Shown: in pieces, positions 48,641-58,113 of the stretch | How positions within the stretch are numbered: the stretch's first letter is position 1 | How the letters are laid out: every line of letters starts with the position of its first letter | Assembly: GCA_964586675.1 (NCBI GenBank) | Contig: CAZPHQ010000009.1 | Coordinates: forward strand, 16,216-80,215 | Length of the DNA stretch: 64,000 nt | Origin: an uncultured Spirochaetia bacterium | Lineage (GTDB): Bacteria; Desulfobacterota_D; UBA1144; Nemesobacterales; UBA2774 | Direction of reading: 5' to 3' | Translations under genes and position numbers: made by a program | Notes under the pieces: generated by a model | What the model was told of the DNA's origin: nothing | Database searches by the model: none | What the model saw: the letters and a program-made list of their open reading frames with translations, nothing else

Positions 48641-51372
48641 GATTCGCATCCCTCCTCGAGGCCGCACGCGTTTAAGGTTTCGTCCGCCTGCCGGACGGTG
48701 CCGGTCGTTATCTGGTCCCTCGCCTCGACGGTGCTCTTCTCGACGCCGGACGCCCCGAGAGAGCGGAGGTAGTAGGTCGTCTTGAGGCCCGATTTCCAGG
48801 CGTAGATATACGTCTCGGAGATGCGCTCGCCGGATAAGGTATCGACGAATATGTTCACCGACTGGCTCTGGTCGATCCACTTTGACCTGTAGGCGGCGTG
48901 GAGTATCACCCACGAGGGGTCGATCTCGAATGCTCCCAGGTATTTTTCGACGAGCTTGTTCGGGAGGTCCTTCATGCCGACGATACTCCCGTCCGTCTGC
49001 TTCAGCTTTTCGAGCATGGACTTGTCCCAGAGGCCGGCTTTCCTGAGGTCGTCTATCAGGAACTGGTTCACTATCGTGAACTCGCCGCTCAGATTCGATT
49101 TGACGTAGAGGTTCTTGTATATAGGCTCTATCGAAGGGTAGCAACCCGCGATGTTGGCTATCGTCGCCGTAGGGGCGATAGCCAGGCAGTTAGAATTCCT
49201 GAGCCCATGCTTTTTGACCTTCTCACGTAGCGAGCCCCAGTCGAGCCGAGAGTTCATGCTGACTGACGTCGGCACGCCCCGCTCCTCTTCGAGCATCTTC
49301 ATCGTGTCGAGCGGAAAGAGGCCCCTGTCCCATTTCGATCCTTCGAACGATGAGTATTTTCCTCGTTCGAGCGCAAGGTCGGAAGAGGCCGAAATGGCAT
49401 GCAGGGAAACGGTCTCCATGACGAGGTCTGAAAATTCCACGGCCTCGTCGCTCGCGAAATTGAGGCCGGCCTGGTAGAGGGCGTCCTGAAACCCCATGAC
49501 GCCGAGCCCTATGGGGCGGTGAGCGAGGTTAGAGCGGCGGGTCTCTTTCGTCGGGTAGAAGTTGAGGTCGATGGAGTTATCGAGCATGCGGACCGCCGTT
49601 TTTATAGTCTCCGCGAGCGCCGCCTCGTCGAGCGCACCGTCTTTTATATGCAGGGAGAGATTGACCGAGCCGAGGTTACAGACGGCGAACTCGTCACGCG
49701 AGGTGTTGAGCGTTATCTCCGTGCAGAGGTTCGAGCTGTTGACGACGCCCTCGTGGTCCTGCGGCGAGCGGATGTTACACGGGTCTTTGAACGTGAGCCA
49801 CGGGTGGCCCGTTTCGTAGAGCATCGTTATGATCTTCCGCCAGAGCTTCTGCGCGGGGACACGCTTTGAGAGGCGTATCTCGCCCCTGTCGGCCGCGCGC
49901 TCGTATTCTTCATAACGGCGCGCGAACACCTTTCCGTAGAGGCTGTGAAGGTCGGGCGTTTCGTTCGGGGAGAAGAAAGTCCAGTCGCCCCTTTCGATGA
50001 CGCGCTTCACGAAAAGATCGGGCACCCACGCCGCGATGTTGAGGTCGTGCGTACGCCGCCTCTCGTCTCCCGTGTTCTTTCTTAGCTCGATGAAGTCCTC
50101 GAAGTCGTAGTGCCACGCTTCGAGGTAGGCGCACGTCGCGCCCCGCCGCTTCCCGCTCCGGTTTATGGCGGAGGTCGTCGAGTCCAGTATCTTGAGGAAC
50201 GGGATCACACCCTGGCTGTTGACGTTAGTGCTTCGTATCATCGCGCCCGTGCCGCGTATCGTCGTCCAGTCTATGCCTATGCCGCCCGACCACTTCGCGA
50301 GCTGTGCGACGTCGCCCATCGTCTTGAAGATGTTGTCGAGCTCGTCGGAGCAGGTGAGAAGATAGCACGAGCTCATCTGGGAATTGACCGTGCCCGAGTG
50401 GAACAGGGTAGGGGTCGAGGGGACGTATCTCATCGCCGAGATGGCGTCGTAGAACTCTATCGCCTTACGTTCTTTGTCCTCTTCGTTGAGTGCGAGGCCC
50501 ATGGCGACGCGCATCCAGAAATACTGCGGGACCTCCAGGATGTTCTGGTCGTAATCCTTCATGAGATAGCGGTCGTAGAGGGTCTGGAGGCCGAGGTATT
50601 TAAGCAGGCCGTCGCGCGAGGCGTCGAGCGCGCGGGATATGGCGTCGAGGTCGTAACCCGCAAGCCCCTCGGAATACCGGCCTTCCGCGACTCCCCTGGC
50701 GATGCTCTTCCTGAACGTCTCGCGGTATGCGGCCTCGAAGCCGTCCTCGTATTCATAGCGGCCGATGACGTCTTTGTAGAGGTCGTTGAGCAGTACGCGC
50801 GCGGCGAGGTAGGAATACGTCAAATCCGTCTCTATGCGGGAGCGGCACACCATCACGACCGCCTGGTTTATGTCCCTCGTCGTAATGCCGTCGTACATCA
50901 GCGATTTGGCCTCGTCTATGATCTCGTCGACCATCGCCGGCTCTTCGGCCCCGCTGCAGCACGACCTAATGAACCTCTCTATCTCGTATGCGTTAAACGG
51001 CTTCACCGCGCCGCTCCTCTTGCGGACGCTGATGAGCCCCTTGTTGACCTTGTCGATAAGCTCGCGCTTCTTGTCGAGACGCTTCTTTTTGTGGTCCTCG
51101 CGGTAGAGGATGTATGCGGTCGCTACTCGGACGTATCCGCGATCCGCGATCTTCTGCTCGACGAGGTCCTGTATGTTTTCGACGCCGGGAACTCTCTCGG
51201 CGAAGAGCGCCTCGAGATCTTCGAGCACGTCGTCGGTGATGGACCTCATCAGCTTTTCGTCCGACTTGCCTAGGGTCGCGGCGAAAGCCTTCGATATGGC
51301 GGCCTCGATGCGCACCCTGTCGAACTCGACTATGCGCCCGTCCCGCTTCTTGATTAGATTGATATTGCCCAT
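48631..51372 (-). CDS. nrdA: ribonucleotide reductase class Ia alpha subunit
   Basis: 913 aa. N-terminal ATP-cone(s), catalytic barrel, C-terminal CxxC tail (...EEGCESCQ). Confidence 0.95.
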   Translation of the reverse strand: MGNINLIKKRDGRIVEFDRVRIEAAISKAFAATLGKSDEKLMRSITDDVLEDLEALFAERVPGVENIQDLVEQKIADRGYVRVATAYILYREDHKKKRLDKKRELIDKVNKGLISVRKRSGAVKPFNAYEIERFIRSCCSGAEEPAMVDEIIDEAKSLMYDGITTRDINQAVVMVCRSRIETDLTYSYLAARVLLNDLYKDVIGRYEYEDGFEAAYRETFRKSIARGVAEGRYSEGLAGYDLDAISRALDASRDGLLKYLGLQTLYDRYLMKDYDQNILEVPQYFWMRVAMGLALNEEDKERKAIEFYDAISAMRYVPSTPTLFHSGTVNSQMSSCYLLTCSDELDNIFKTMGDVAQLAKWSGGIGIDWTTIRGTGAMIRSTNVNSQGVIPFLKILDSTTSAINRSGKRRGATCAYLEAWHYDFEDFIELRKNTGDERRRTHDLNIAAWVPDLFVKRVIERGDWTFFSPNETPDLHSLYGKVFARRYEEYERAADRGEIRLSKRVPAQKLWRKIITMLYETGHPWLTFKDPCNIRSPQDHEGVVNSSNLCTEITLNTSRDEFAVCNLGSVNLSLHIKDGALDEAALAETIKTAVRMLDNSIDLNFYPTKETRRSNLAHRPIGLGVMGFQDALYQAGLNFASDEAVEFSDLVMETVSLHAISASSDLALERGKYSSFEGSKWDRGLFPLDTMKMLEEERGVPTSVSMNSRLDWGSLREKVKKHGLRNSNCLAIAPTATIANIAGCYPSIEPIYKNLYVKSNLSGEFTIVNQFLIDDLRKAGLWDKSMLEKLKQTDGSIVGMKDLPNKLVEKYLGAFEIDPSWVILHAAYRSKWIDQSQSVNIFVDTLSGERISETYIYAWKSGLKTTYYLRSLGASGVEKSTVEARDQITTGTVRQADETLNACGLEEGCESCQ

Positions 51373-51539
51373 AATCCCTCCTTGCTGCGCCTCTGGGTGG
51401 CGCGTTGAATTTCAGGTTCGGGGGCGGCCGGCGATAAAATTAGCCGCGGACAGGGGGCGACGCGAGGAACCGTGAAACGGAACAGTCCCCTCTGTGGCCT
51501 TTTTTCAGTTCTGAAAGTGAGCTTGCTGTGTGAACAGAC

Positions 51540-51745
51540 ACGAGGCTCCCCCTGCAATACATCTCACAGGGCTCCCCTCGCATATATGGATAATATTTCG
51601 GCGAGACTGTTGTGTCCGTTACCAATTCGCGAGTAACCGAACACGGGAAGATCTGGCTTATGCAGGAGATAAAGCCCCTGCAATCACAGTTGCGCGACAG
51701 CGCGGGATTCTAACCCGCTTCCTCCCTGTGGATTAATTTAAATTA
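51540..51745 (-). promoter_or_regulatory. candidate cobalamin riboswitch in the nrdAB leader
   Basis: mRNA-sense GGAGGAAGCGGGUUAGAAUCCCGCGCUGUCGCGCAACUGUGA resembles the GGGAA..GGUG..AAUCC...GCUG.CCCGCAACUGUAA core. The downstream AAGCCAGAUCUUCCCG is a weak B12-box-like segment. The leader is about 360 nt. Confidence 0.45.
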
Positions 51746-51795
51746 TCACAAAGAACCCGCTATATCAAGACGGCGGTTAAGGACAATGAGGAAAA

Positions 51796-51833
51796 GAAGG
51801 CTCCCGGAAAAGCCGGGCCGGGAGCCTCTTTTA
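51796..51833 (-). terminator. intrinsic terminator after the IPTL-CTERM gene
   Basis: ggctcccgg/ccgggagcc stem followed by a U-rich run on the minus strand. Confidence 0.55.
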
Positions 51834-51841
51834 TAATCCGA

Positions 51842-52354
51842 TTAAACGCCGGCGGTCTTCCGCCTCCTCAAGACGTAAAACGCTCCGGCAAGCCCGAGCC
51901 CGGCCGCCGCGGCGAGCATGCCCCATTCCGAAAGTGTGGGAATCGGCCTGATAGAGATGCTTTCGGGCGCGTTGATGAAGGTGCAGGTGCCGCTGCCGCC
52001 CGGAGCCGGGCACTCGACGAATATGCCGCCCCGAATTGGCGTGATCTCGAGCCCGCTGACTCCACAATCAACGTCGGCCAGCACCCAGTCTGGCAAAGCG
52101 ACCTCGACTACTCGCAAGTCGTTCGTGGGATCGAGAGGCAGAAAAGCGCATTCCGATCCGGCAACCAGATCGAATTCAAAAATGTCGCCGGGCCTTTGGC
52201 CAGTGAATGTGAAAACAGTGTCTCCAGCGCCCGGGGCCGATTTGCATATCGATATACTGCAGCTCTGGGCCCGGGCTTCATCTCCCGGTGAAGGAATGAA
52301 CAGGAAAGCAGATACGGCAAGTACGAACAAAAGGGTAGGTGTCAGGGATCTCAT
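51842..52354 (-). CDS. small secreted Cys-rich protein with IPTL-CTERM sorting signal
   Basis: C-terminus ...IRPIPTLSEWGMLAAAAGLGLAGAFYVLRRRKTAGV. Start at MRSLTP with GGAGGA RBS. Confidence 0.8.
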   Translation of the reverse strand: MRSLTPTLLFVLAVSAFLFIPSPGDEARAQSCSISICKSAPGAGDTVFTFTGQRPGDIFEFDLVAGSECAFLPLDPTNDLRVVEVALPDWVLADVDCGVSGLEITPIRGGIFVECPAPGGSGTCTFINAPESISIRPIPTLSEWGMLAAAAGLGLAGAFYVLRRRKTAGV

Positions 52355-52565
52355 AACATCCTCCAGATTCATGTATTAATGAGATTATGAGATATTTACG
52401 GCAGGATTTCAATGGACTCAAGCGGGTCTGTCATTCAGGGCGCATCGATCCTCCGCATCCGCCGCTCCCGGAGAATAGCCGGGCATGATTAATACGCCTC
52501 CTTGTTACGGTATAATGGCATAGGCGGGGGCGCATAAAGGCCGGCGAAGACGCGGAGGAAATCAC

Positions 52566-53945
52566 ATGACGAAAAGATACGACGCGGTAATAATCGGGAC
52601 AGGACAGGCAGGGCCGCCGCTCGCGGAAAGACTCTCCGCGGCAGGGATGAAGGTCGCGATACTCGAACGGGAGCTCTTCGGCGGGACATGCGTCAACACG
52701 GGCTGCACGCCGACGAAAACGCTCATCGCATCGGCACGCGCGGCGCACGTCGCAAGGACGGCCGGAAAATACGGGGCAATAGTAAGCGGCGACGTGAGCG
52801 TCGACATGAAGAAGGTCAAAGCCAGAAAGGACGAGGTCGCCGGCGCTTCCGAGAAGGGCATCGAGGACTGGCTCGCCGGCATGAAGAACGTGACTGTCTA
52901 TAAGGGACACGGGCGGTTCGAATCGCCGCGCACTGTGAGCGTGAACGGTGAGCTCCTCGAAGCCGACAAGATATTCGTGAACACGGGCGGAAGGGCGTTC
53001 GTCCCCCCGGGCGGGGAGGAAGACGGGACGCCGTGCTTCACCAACTCCTCGATAATGCATGTCGATTTTTTGCCGAAGCATCTTATCGTTATAGGCGGGA
53101 GCTACGTCGGCCTCGAATTCGCGCAGATGTACAGGCGGTTCGGGAGCGAGGTGACTGTTATCGAGAAGGGAGCGCGGCTCGCGGGACGGGAGGACGAGGA
53201 CGTTTCCGAGGCCCTCAGGATAATAATGGAGAAGGAGGGGGTTAACGTCGTCACGGGCGCTAACTGCATCTACGCCCGGAAGCACCCCGAGGGCGCGGAG
53301 GTGGTGACGGAATGCGAGACGGGGGAGGAGACTGTCGCGGGCTCGCATGTCCTCTGGGCTGTCGGGCGCGTTCCCAACACCGACGACCTCGGGCTCGAAA
53401 AGGCGGGAGTCGCCACCGACAAAAGGGGGTTCATTATCGTTGACGACCATCTCCGGACGAACGTTCCGGGGATATGGGCGCTGGGGGATTGCAACGGCAA
53501 GGGCGCGTTCACACATACGAGCTATAACGACTTCGAGATCGTCGCCGCCAACCTGCTCGACGGCGACGACAGGAAGGTGAGCGACAGGATAACCGCCTAC
53601 GCCCTCTATACCGACCCGCCCCTCGGCCGTGCGGGCATGACGGAGAAAGAAGTCAGGGAATCCGGGAGAAAGGCGCTCGTGGGGAAGAGGGCGATGGAGC
53701 GCGTCAGCCGCGCGAGGGAGCGCGGGGAGACGGACGGGTTCATAAAGGTTCTCGCCGACGCCGGCACAGGGGAGATACTCGGCGCGGCAATCATCGGCAT
53801 AGAGGGCGACGAGACCGTACACTCGATACTCGACGTCATGTATGCGAAAAAACCCTACAGCGTTATACAAAGGGCCGTTCACATTCACCCGACGGTATCG
53901 GAGCTCATACCGACGTTATTCGGCGAAATGAAGCCCCTCGACTGA
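52566..53945 (+). CDS. class I pyridine-nucleotide-disulfide oxidoreductase (dihydrolipoyl dehydrogenase / glutathione-reductase family)
   Basis: GGTCVNTGCTPTK redox-active disulfide. Two Rossmann motifs. C-terminal HxHPTxSE dimer-interface motif. Confidence 0.85.
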   Translation: MTKRYDAVIIGTGQAGPPLAERLSAAGMKVAILERELFGGTCVNTGCTPTKTLIASARAAHVARTAGKYGAIVSGDVSVDMKKVKARKDEVAGASEKGIEDWLAGMKNVTVYKGHGRFESPRTVSVNGELLEADKIFVNTGGRAFVPPGGEEDGTPCFTNSSIMHVDFLPKHLIVIGGSYVGLEFAQMYRRFGSEVTVIEKGARLAGREDEDVSEALRIIMEKEGVNVVTGANCIYARKHPEGAEVVTECETGEETVAGSHVLWAVGRVPNTDDLGLEKAGVATDKRGFIIVDDHLRTNVPGIWALGDCNGKGAFTHTSYNDFEIVAANLLDGDDRKVSDRITAYALYTDPPLGRAGMTEKEVRESGRKALVGKRAMERVSRARERGETDGFIKVLADAGTGEILGAAIIGIEGDETVHSILDVMYAKKPYSVIQRAVHIHPTVSELIPTLFGEMKPLD

Positions 53946-54009
53946 GCCGCCGCCGGGGCGTCTGAATCCAAAATCTGTTATATTTAATCCAAGACCTGAG
54001 AGGTGTCTT

Positions 54010-54609
54010 ATGATAGAAGAGCTCCAGAAAAGGATTGAAGAGCAGAGGATGCTGATGGCGGGCATTTGCTGCCCCGCGCGGAATATCAACACGGCGACGC
54101 TGGAGAGCGTCCTCAGCCTCGGCATCGAGATAGCGCGCGAGGGAAGGGAGGGGCGAAAGATCGGGACGATGTTCATAATCTCGGATACCGAGGAGACGCT
54201 CAAGCACTCGCGCCCCCTGATACTCGATCCGCTCTACGGACATCCCGATTCGATGAAGAGGGCGGAAGACCCGAACATGCGCGAGACAGTCAAGGAGCTG
54301 GCCCAGATGGACGGGGCTTTTATCGTATCCGACGACGGCATCTTCGTTTCGGCCTGCAGGTACATTTTCCCGACGTCCGAGAACATCGACCTCCCCCTCG
54401 GTTTCGGGAGCAGGCATTTAGCGGGAGCTTCCATAACCAAAAGAACGAACTCCGTGGCCGTAGTCGTTTCGGAGAGTTCCATGGTGAGGGTCTTTGACAA
54501 CGGCAAAGTTGTAGGCGAAATTATCCCCGAGCTGTGGTTCCTCCGGGAATACTCGTCGGGCGGCAATTTCACGCTGGCGAGCGCGTCGGGCGGCACCGTG
54601 GTGTCTTAA
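54010..54609 (+). CDS. stand-alone DAC (DisA_N) domain protein, putative diadenylate cyclase
   Basis: ...DGAFIVSDDG.I.SA.RYI....LGFGSRHLAGASI...T.SVAVVVSESS.V.VF.NGK... matches the DGA / RHR DAC-domain core. No TM or other domain. Confidence 0.7.
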   Translation: MIEELQKRIEEQRMLMAGICCPARNINTATLESVLSLGIEIAREGREGRKIGTMFIISDTEETLKHSRPLILDPLYGHPDSMKRAEDPNMRETVKELAQMDGAFIVSDDGIFVSACRYIFPTSENIDLPLGFGSRHLAGASITKRTNSVAVVVSESSMVRVFDNGKVVGEIIPELWFLREYSSGGNFTLASASGGTVVS

Positions 54610-54621
54610 AGGCGAGGCTGG

Positions 54622-55278
54622 ATGATAATAGTTTTTATAGTAGACATTCACGGCAACTCCGCGCCGATAGACCTGCTCAGGGACCAGCTGTCCTCGGCCG
54701 ACCTCGTACTCATCGGGGGCGACATAACGCACTTCGGCGGAGAGGACAAGGCGCGCGAGGTCATGGACAAGGTCAGGTGGTATAACCAGAACGTCCTCGC
54801 CGTCACGGGGAACTGCGATACGAAGGAAGTAGACGACTATCTTTACCGCGAGAACATAAACCTCCACGCGAGGGGCTTCAGGCGGAACGGCCTGTGCATA
54901 GTAGGCGCGGGAGGCTCCCTCCCGGCCCCGAGCCCGACGCCGAACGTTTATTCCGAAGAAGAATACGAGGCCATCTTCGAAAGAAGTCTCGAGGACTGCG
55001 ACATGACGGTGCCGATGGTGCTCGTATCGCACCAGCCGCCCATAGGCACGCTTAACGATACCCTCTCCAGCGGGGCCCACGTCGGGAGCGCGGCCGTGAG
55101 AACCTTCATCGAGCAGTACCATCCGCTAGTCTGCTTCACGGGGCACATCCACGAGGCCCCGGGCATAGACAAGATAGCCGGGAGCAAGATCGTAAATCCC
55201 GGCCCCTTCGGGACTCGCTCCTACGCATATCTCGACGTTACAGATACCGTCCGTACGCTCGAAATAAGGAAGTTCTGA
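54622..55278 (+). CDS. calcineurin-like metallophosphoesterase
   Basis: D-x-H-G-N, GD-x-x-H, GNCD and GH-x-H motifs of the MPE superfamily. Begins 12 nt after the DAC gene. Confidence 0.8.
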   Translation: MIIVFIVDIHGNSAPIDLLRDQLSSADLVLIGGDITHFGGEDKAREVMDKVRWYNQNVLAVTGNCDTKEVDDYLYRENINLHARGFRRNGLCIVGAGGSLPAPSPTPNVYSEEEYEAIFERSLEDCDMTVPMVLVSHQPPIGTLNDTLSSGAHVGSAAVRTFIEQYHPLVCFTGHIHEAPGIDKIAGSKIVNPGPFGTRSYAYLDVTDTVRTLEIRKF

Positions 55279-55424
55279 GGAGCCGCGTTCGATTTTCCGA
55301 ATGCATCACGGGCTCGTATATTTTCAAACGCCGTTCGTGTATATTACTCTTTTTCGGAAGCTTTACTCTGTGAAGACCCGCCAAAGGGGTTTAATCGACA
55401 TCATACCGGGGAGGTATTGTAGTA

Positions 55425-56132
55425 ATGAAAGGTTATAAAACCCAGTATTTAACAAACTGTTTTATGTATATTCCATGCCTTCTGCTCGTTGCCGCGGCCG
55501 TTTTAGCGCCTCTTCCGGCCGGCGCGCAGGAGCCGAAGCTTCATCCCCTCGCAAACTACATGGTGAAATACAAGTCCGAAGGCAACGCAACCGGAGAGAA
55601 AATCCAGTTCTCGCAGGACTATGGAAGGAAAATCTGCCTTAAGGAAAGCCTCCAGATCACGATGCCCGAGATCGGCAGCGTCAAGCGCAACGAAAAGATG
55701 GTTTCCTGGATCGAAAACGGAGAGCGCTGGATAGTGGTCGTTAACCTCGACGACAATACCGGCACGAAGTTTAAAGACCCGACGTTCGCCAAGGTAAGCG
55801 AATCGATAAAAGGGAAAGACCCCAAGGATTTCAACCAGCAGCAGCTCATGAGCATGGGGGGATTAGTCAAGGGTCAGAAGACTGTGAGCGGAGAGCAGTG
55901 CAGCATGTGGAGCTTCCCGCAAGGGATCGAAATGTGCATCACCGAAGACTTCATAATGCTGGAGACGGTGGCCAACGTGCAGGATCTCACGGTTAACGAA
56001 ACCGCCGTCGAGGTGAAGAGGAATTCGCCCGAGCCCGCCGGACTCTGCGACCTGACCGGCGTCAATATAACGGAGAGAGACATCAACCAGATGATGCAGC
56101 AGCAGGCGCCGCCGCAACAGCCCGCGCAGTAA
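55425..56132 (+). CDS. secreted hypothetical protein
   Basis: Signal peptide ...LLLVAAAVLAPLPAGAQEP. GGGGAGG RBS. No family recognised. Confidence 0.55.
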   Translation: MKGYKTQYLTNCFMYIPCLLLVAAAVLAPLPAGAQEPKLHPLANYMVKYKSEGNATGEKIQFSQDYGRKICLKESLQITMPEIGSVKRNEKMVSWIENGERWIVVVNLDDNTGTKFKDPTFAKVSESIKGKDPKDFNQQQLMSMGGLVKGQKTVSGEQCSMWSFPQGIEMCITEDFIMLETVANVQDLTVNETAVEVKRNSPEPAGLCDLTGVNITERDINQMMQQQAPPQQPAQ

Positions 56133-56204
56133 CAGGCGACCGGAGCTTTAAAATTTTAAGTATAAAAAGGGAGAGGGCTGGCGCCCTCTCCCGGAATCGG
56201 TAGA

Positions 56205-56825
56205 TTACTGCTTTTTGTGTATTCCCTCTATTTCGAGGGTTATTTTCACTTCGTCCCCGACGACAAACCCGCCCGAGTCGAGCTTCTTGTTCCAGTTGAC
56301 GTTGAAGTCCTTCCTGTTTATCTCCGTCTTTGCTTCGAACGCCGTGCGCTCGTTGCCCCAGGGATCGGTAGTCTTGCCGCCGAACTCGGCTTCGAGCTCG
56401 ACTGTCTTCGTGACGCCGTTAATCGTGAGGTCGCCGACTATACTGTATTCGTTCGGGTCGTTCGTGTCCTGTACGACGCCCTTGCTGACGAAGGTGATGT
56501 CGGGGTTCTTCTCGGCGTTCAGGAACTCGTCCGACCGGAGATGCTTGTCGCGGTCGGCCTCGTTGGTGTTTATGCTGGCCGCTTTTATAGTGGCCGAGAC
56601 CTTGTAATTGGCGAGGTTCTCGGGGTCTAAGGTGTAGGAGCCTTCGAAGGTGTCGAACCTTCCCGTAACCGTGCTGATGCCGAGGTGCTTTACCTTGAAG
56701 ATTATTTGCGTGTGCGCCGGGTCGATCTGGTATACGACCGGTTCCGCTTCCGAAGCCGACGGGGCGGCAAGCCAGAGCGCGGCGGCCGCGAGCATTGAAA
56801 AAGCGATTCCGCTCAAAAATTTCAT
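56205..56825 (-). CDS. YceI-family periplasmic protein
   Basis: ...Y.IDP.HT...F.V.H...S.V.G.F..F.G... YceI signature. Start at MKFLSG with AAGGAGG RBS. Confidence 0.85.
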   Translation of the reverse strand: MKFLSGIAFSMLAAAALWLAAPSASEAEPVVYQIDPAHTQIIFKVKHLGISTVTGRFDTFEGSYTLDPENLANYKVSATIKAASINTNEADRDKHLRSDEFLNAEKNPDITFVSKGVVQDTNDPNEYSIVGDLTINGVTKTVELEAEFGGKTTDPWGNERTAFEAKTEINRKDFNVNWNKKLDSGGFVVGDEVKITLEIEGIHKKQ

Positions 56826-57047
56826 ATGGTACAACCTCCTTGGAGTTTCTTTAGATATTAAGAAGCCCGAAACGAGCATAAGGTTTCAAGAATTAAAAAA
56901 AATACCACATGAACGTAATTATTCAGAACAAATTCGACCGGAGACCAGTGAAACGCACTTCAGGCTGGGTTAGAGCTCTGCATAACTCCCAGAGCACGCC
57001 GGGATTCACGCATCAGAGTACGCAGTAAAAATCGCCGCGATATAATT

Positions 57048-57872
57048 TCAGACCCGGAGTCTTCTTCTCGAGAGGTACACAGCCGACACGATTCCCAGGG
57101 CTCCCGCGGCGCAAATCATCCCCCATTCCGAAAGGGTAGGTATGGGAGTCGTAAGATCGACGACTTCGCCCACCAGCTGAAAGGCGAGGCCCCCGTCGTC
57201 CGCGCCGCAGCCCTGGAGCGGCGTGAAGGCGACGCATCCCGTTCCGAACCCGTTGCCCGGGTTCTCCCATACGGCGGCGCCAAGGTCCTGAACGGTCCGC
57301 TCGAACCAGAACCACTGTCCGTTGGGCACGAAGAGCATATCGGCCTGGACGGAGACCCAGTATCTTCCGGCGGTAAGCATGCAGGGCGCCGGCAGCTCGG
57401 TGCTGAAGCTGGGGTCGAGTATGTTATCGGGGAGTACATTTCTGTAATTGCAATACCAGATTATCCCGTCCGGCCTGGCACCGCGGTTCGTATAGAACAC
57501 TATATTGAGCGACTGTATCGGGTCGGGCGTGTCGTCGTATATTCCGAGCACATTCACGCGCTCTATGCGCCATATGTCTCCTTCCGGAATTTTGAAATCG
57601 TCTGCCGCACGCGTATCGTAGATATTGAACGAGCTGTCGCTGTCTATGAAATCCTGAGAGGAGATATCGGAATCGGCGACGTCATTGAACTGGTTCCAGA
57701 GCACGTTCGGCGGCGTGGGCGGGATAAGCGGGGCGGGGTCCTGATCGCGCATTATAGGCGCGCCGTTCGCCGACGAGAGCCGGGGCAGACAGAAAATAAC
57801 GGACAGGAATGAAAGCAGCAGGGCAATACGGAGATATTTTCCGGCACCTGACAGGCCTTCCGGGTTGCGCAT
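57048..57872 (-). CDS. secreted protein with IPTL-CTERM sorting signal
   Basis: C-terminus ...TTPIPTLSEWGMICAAGALGIVSAVYLSRRRLRV. Start at MRNPEG with GGAGGA RBS. Confidence 0.8.
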   Translation of the reverse strand: MRNPEGLSGAGKYLRIALLLSFLSVIFCLPRLSSANGAPIMRDQDPAPLIPPTPPNVLWNQFNDVADSDISSQDFIDSDSSFNIYDTRAADDFKIPEGDIWRIERVNVLGIYDDTPDPIQSLNIVFYTNRGARPDGIIWYCNYRNVLPDNILDPSFSTELPAPCMLTAGRYWVSVQADMLFVPNGQWFWFERTVQDLGAAVWENPGNGFGTGCVAFTPLQGCGADDGGLAFQLVGEVVDLTTPIPTLSEWGMICAAGALGIVSAVYLSRRRLRV

Positions 57873-58113
57873 TGGAATATCCTCCACAGGGGCGGCCTGA
57901 ATGAAGCCGGCCGCTGATTAATCCTCTTCACCTCATTCTAGCAGGCGACAGTGAGCGCTTCAATAGCCCAGGAAAATCGCCCGAGCATGCGAACTGAAGT
58001 CTGAATTCGTTCGCTTTAAAGTCCGGGAACAGGCGCAGTTCACGAACCCTGAGCCGCACGAAGTATTGACCACTGTGACTTCTGCTATATCCTGAGAATA
58101 TGGAGGTACGCAG

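Noticed and set aside
48641-49144. Upstream extension of the nrdB ORF (track 47564..49144)
   Set aside because: The extension runs antisense through the 3' end of nrdA. The MSINENG start has a GAGGAGG RBS and matches the NrdB N-terminus.
51560-51580. NrdR box in the nrdA leader (catatatg)
   Set aside because: It is only an 8-bp palindrome. It lacks the 16-bp NrdR consensus and the paired-box arrangement.
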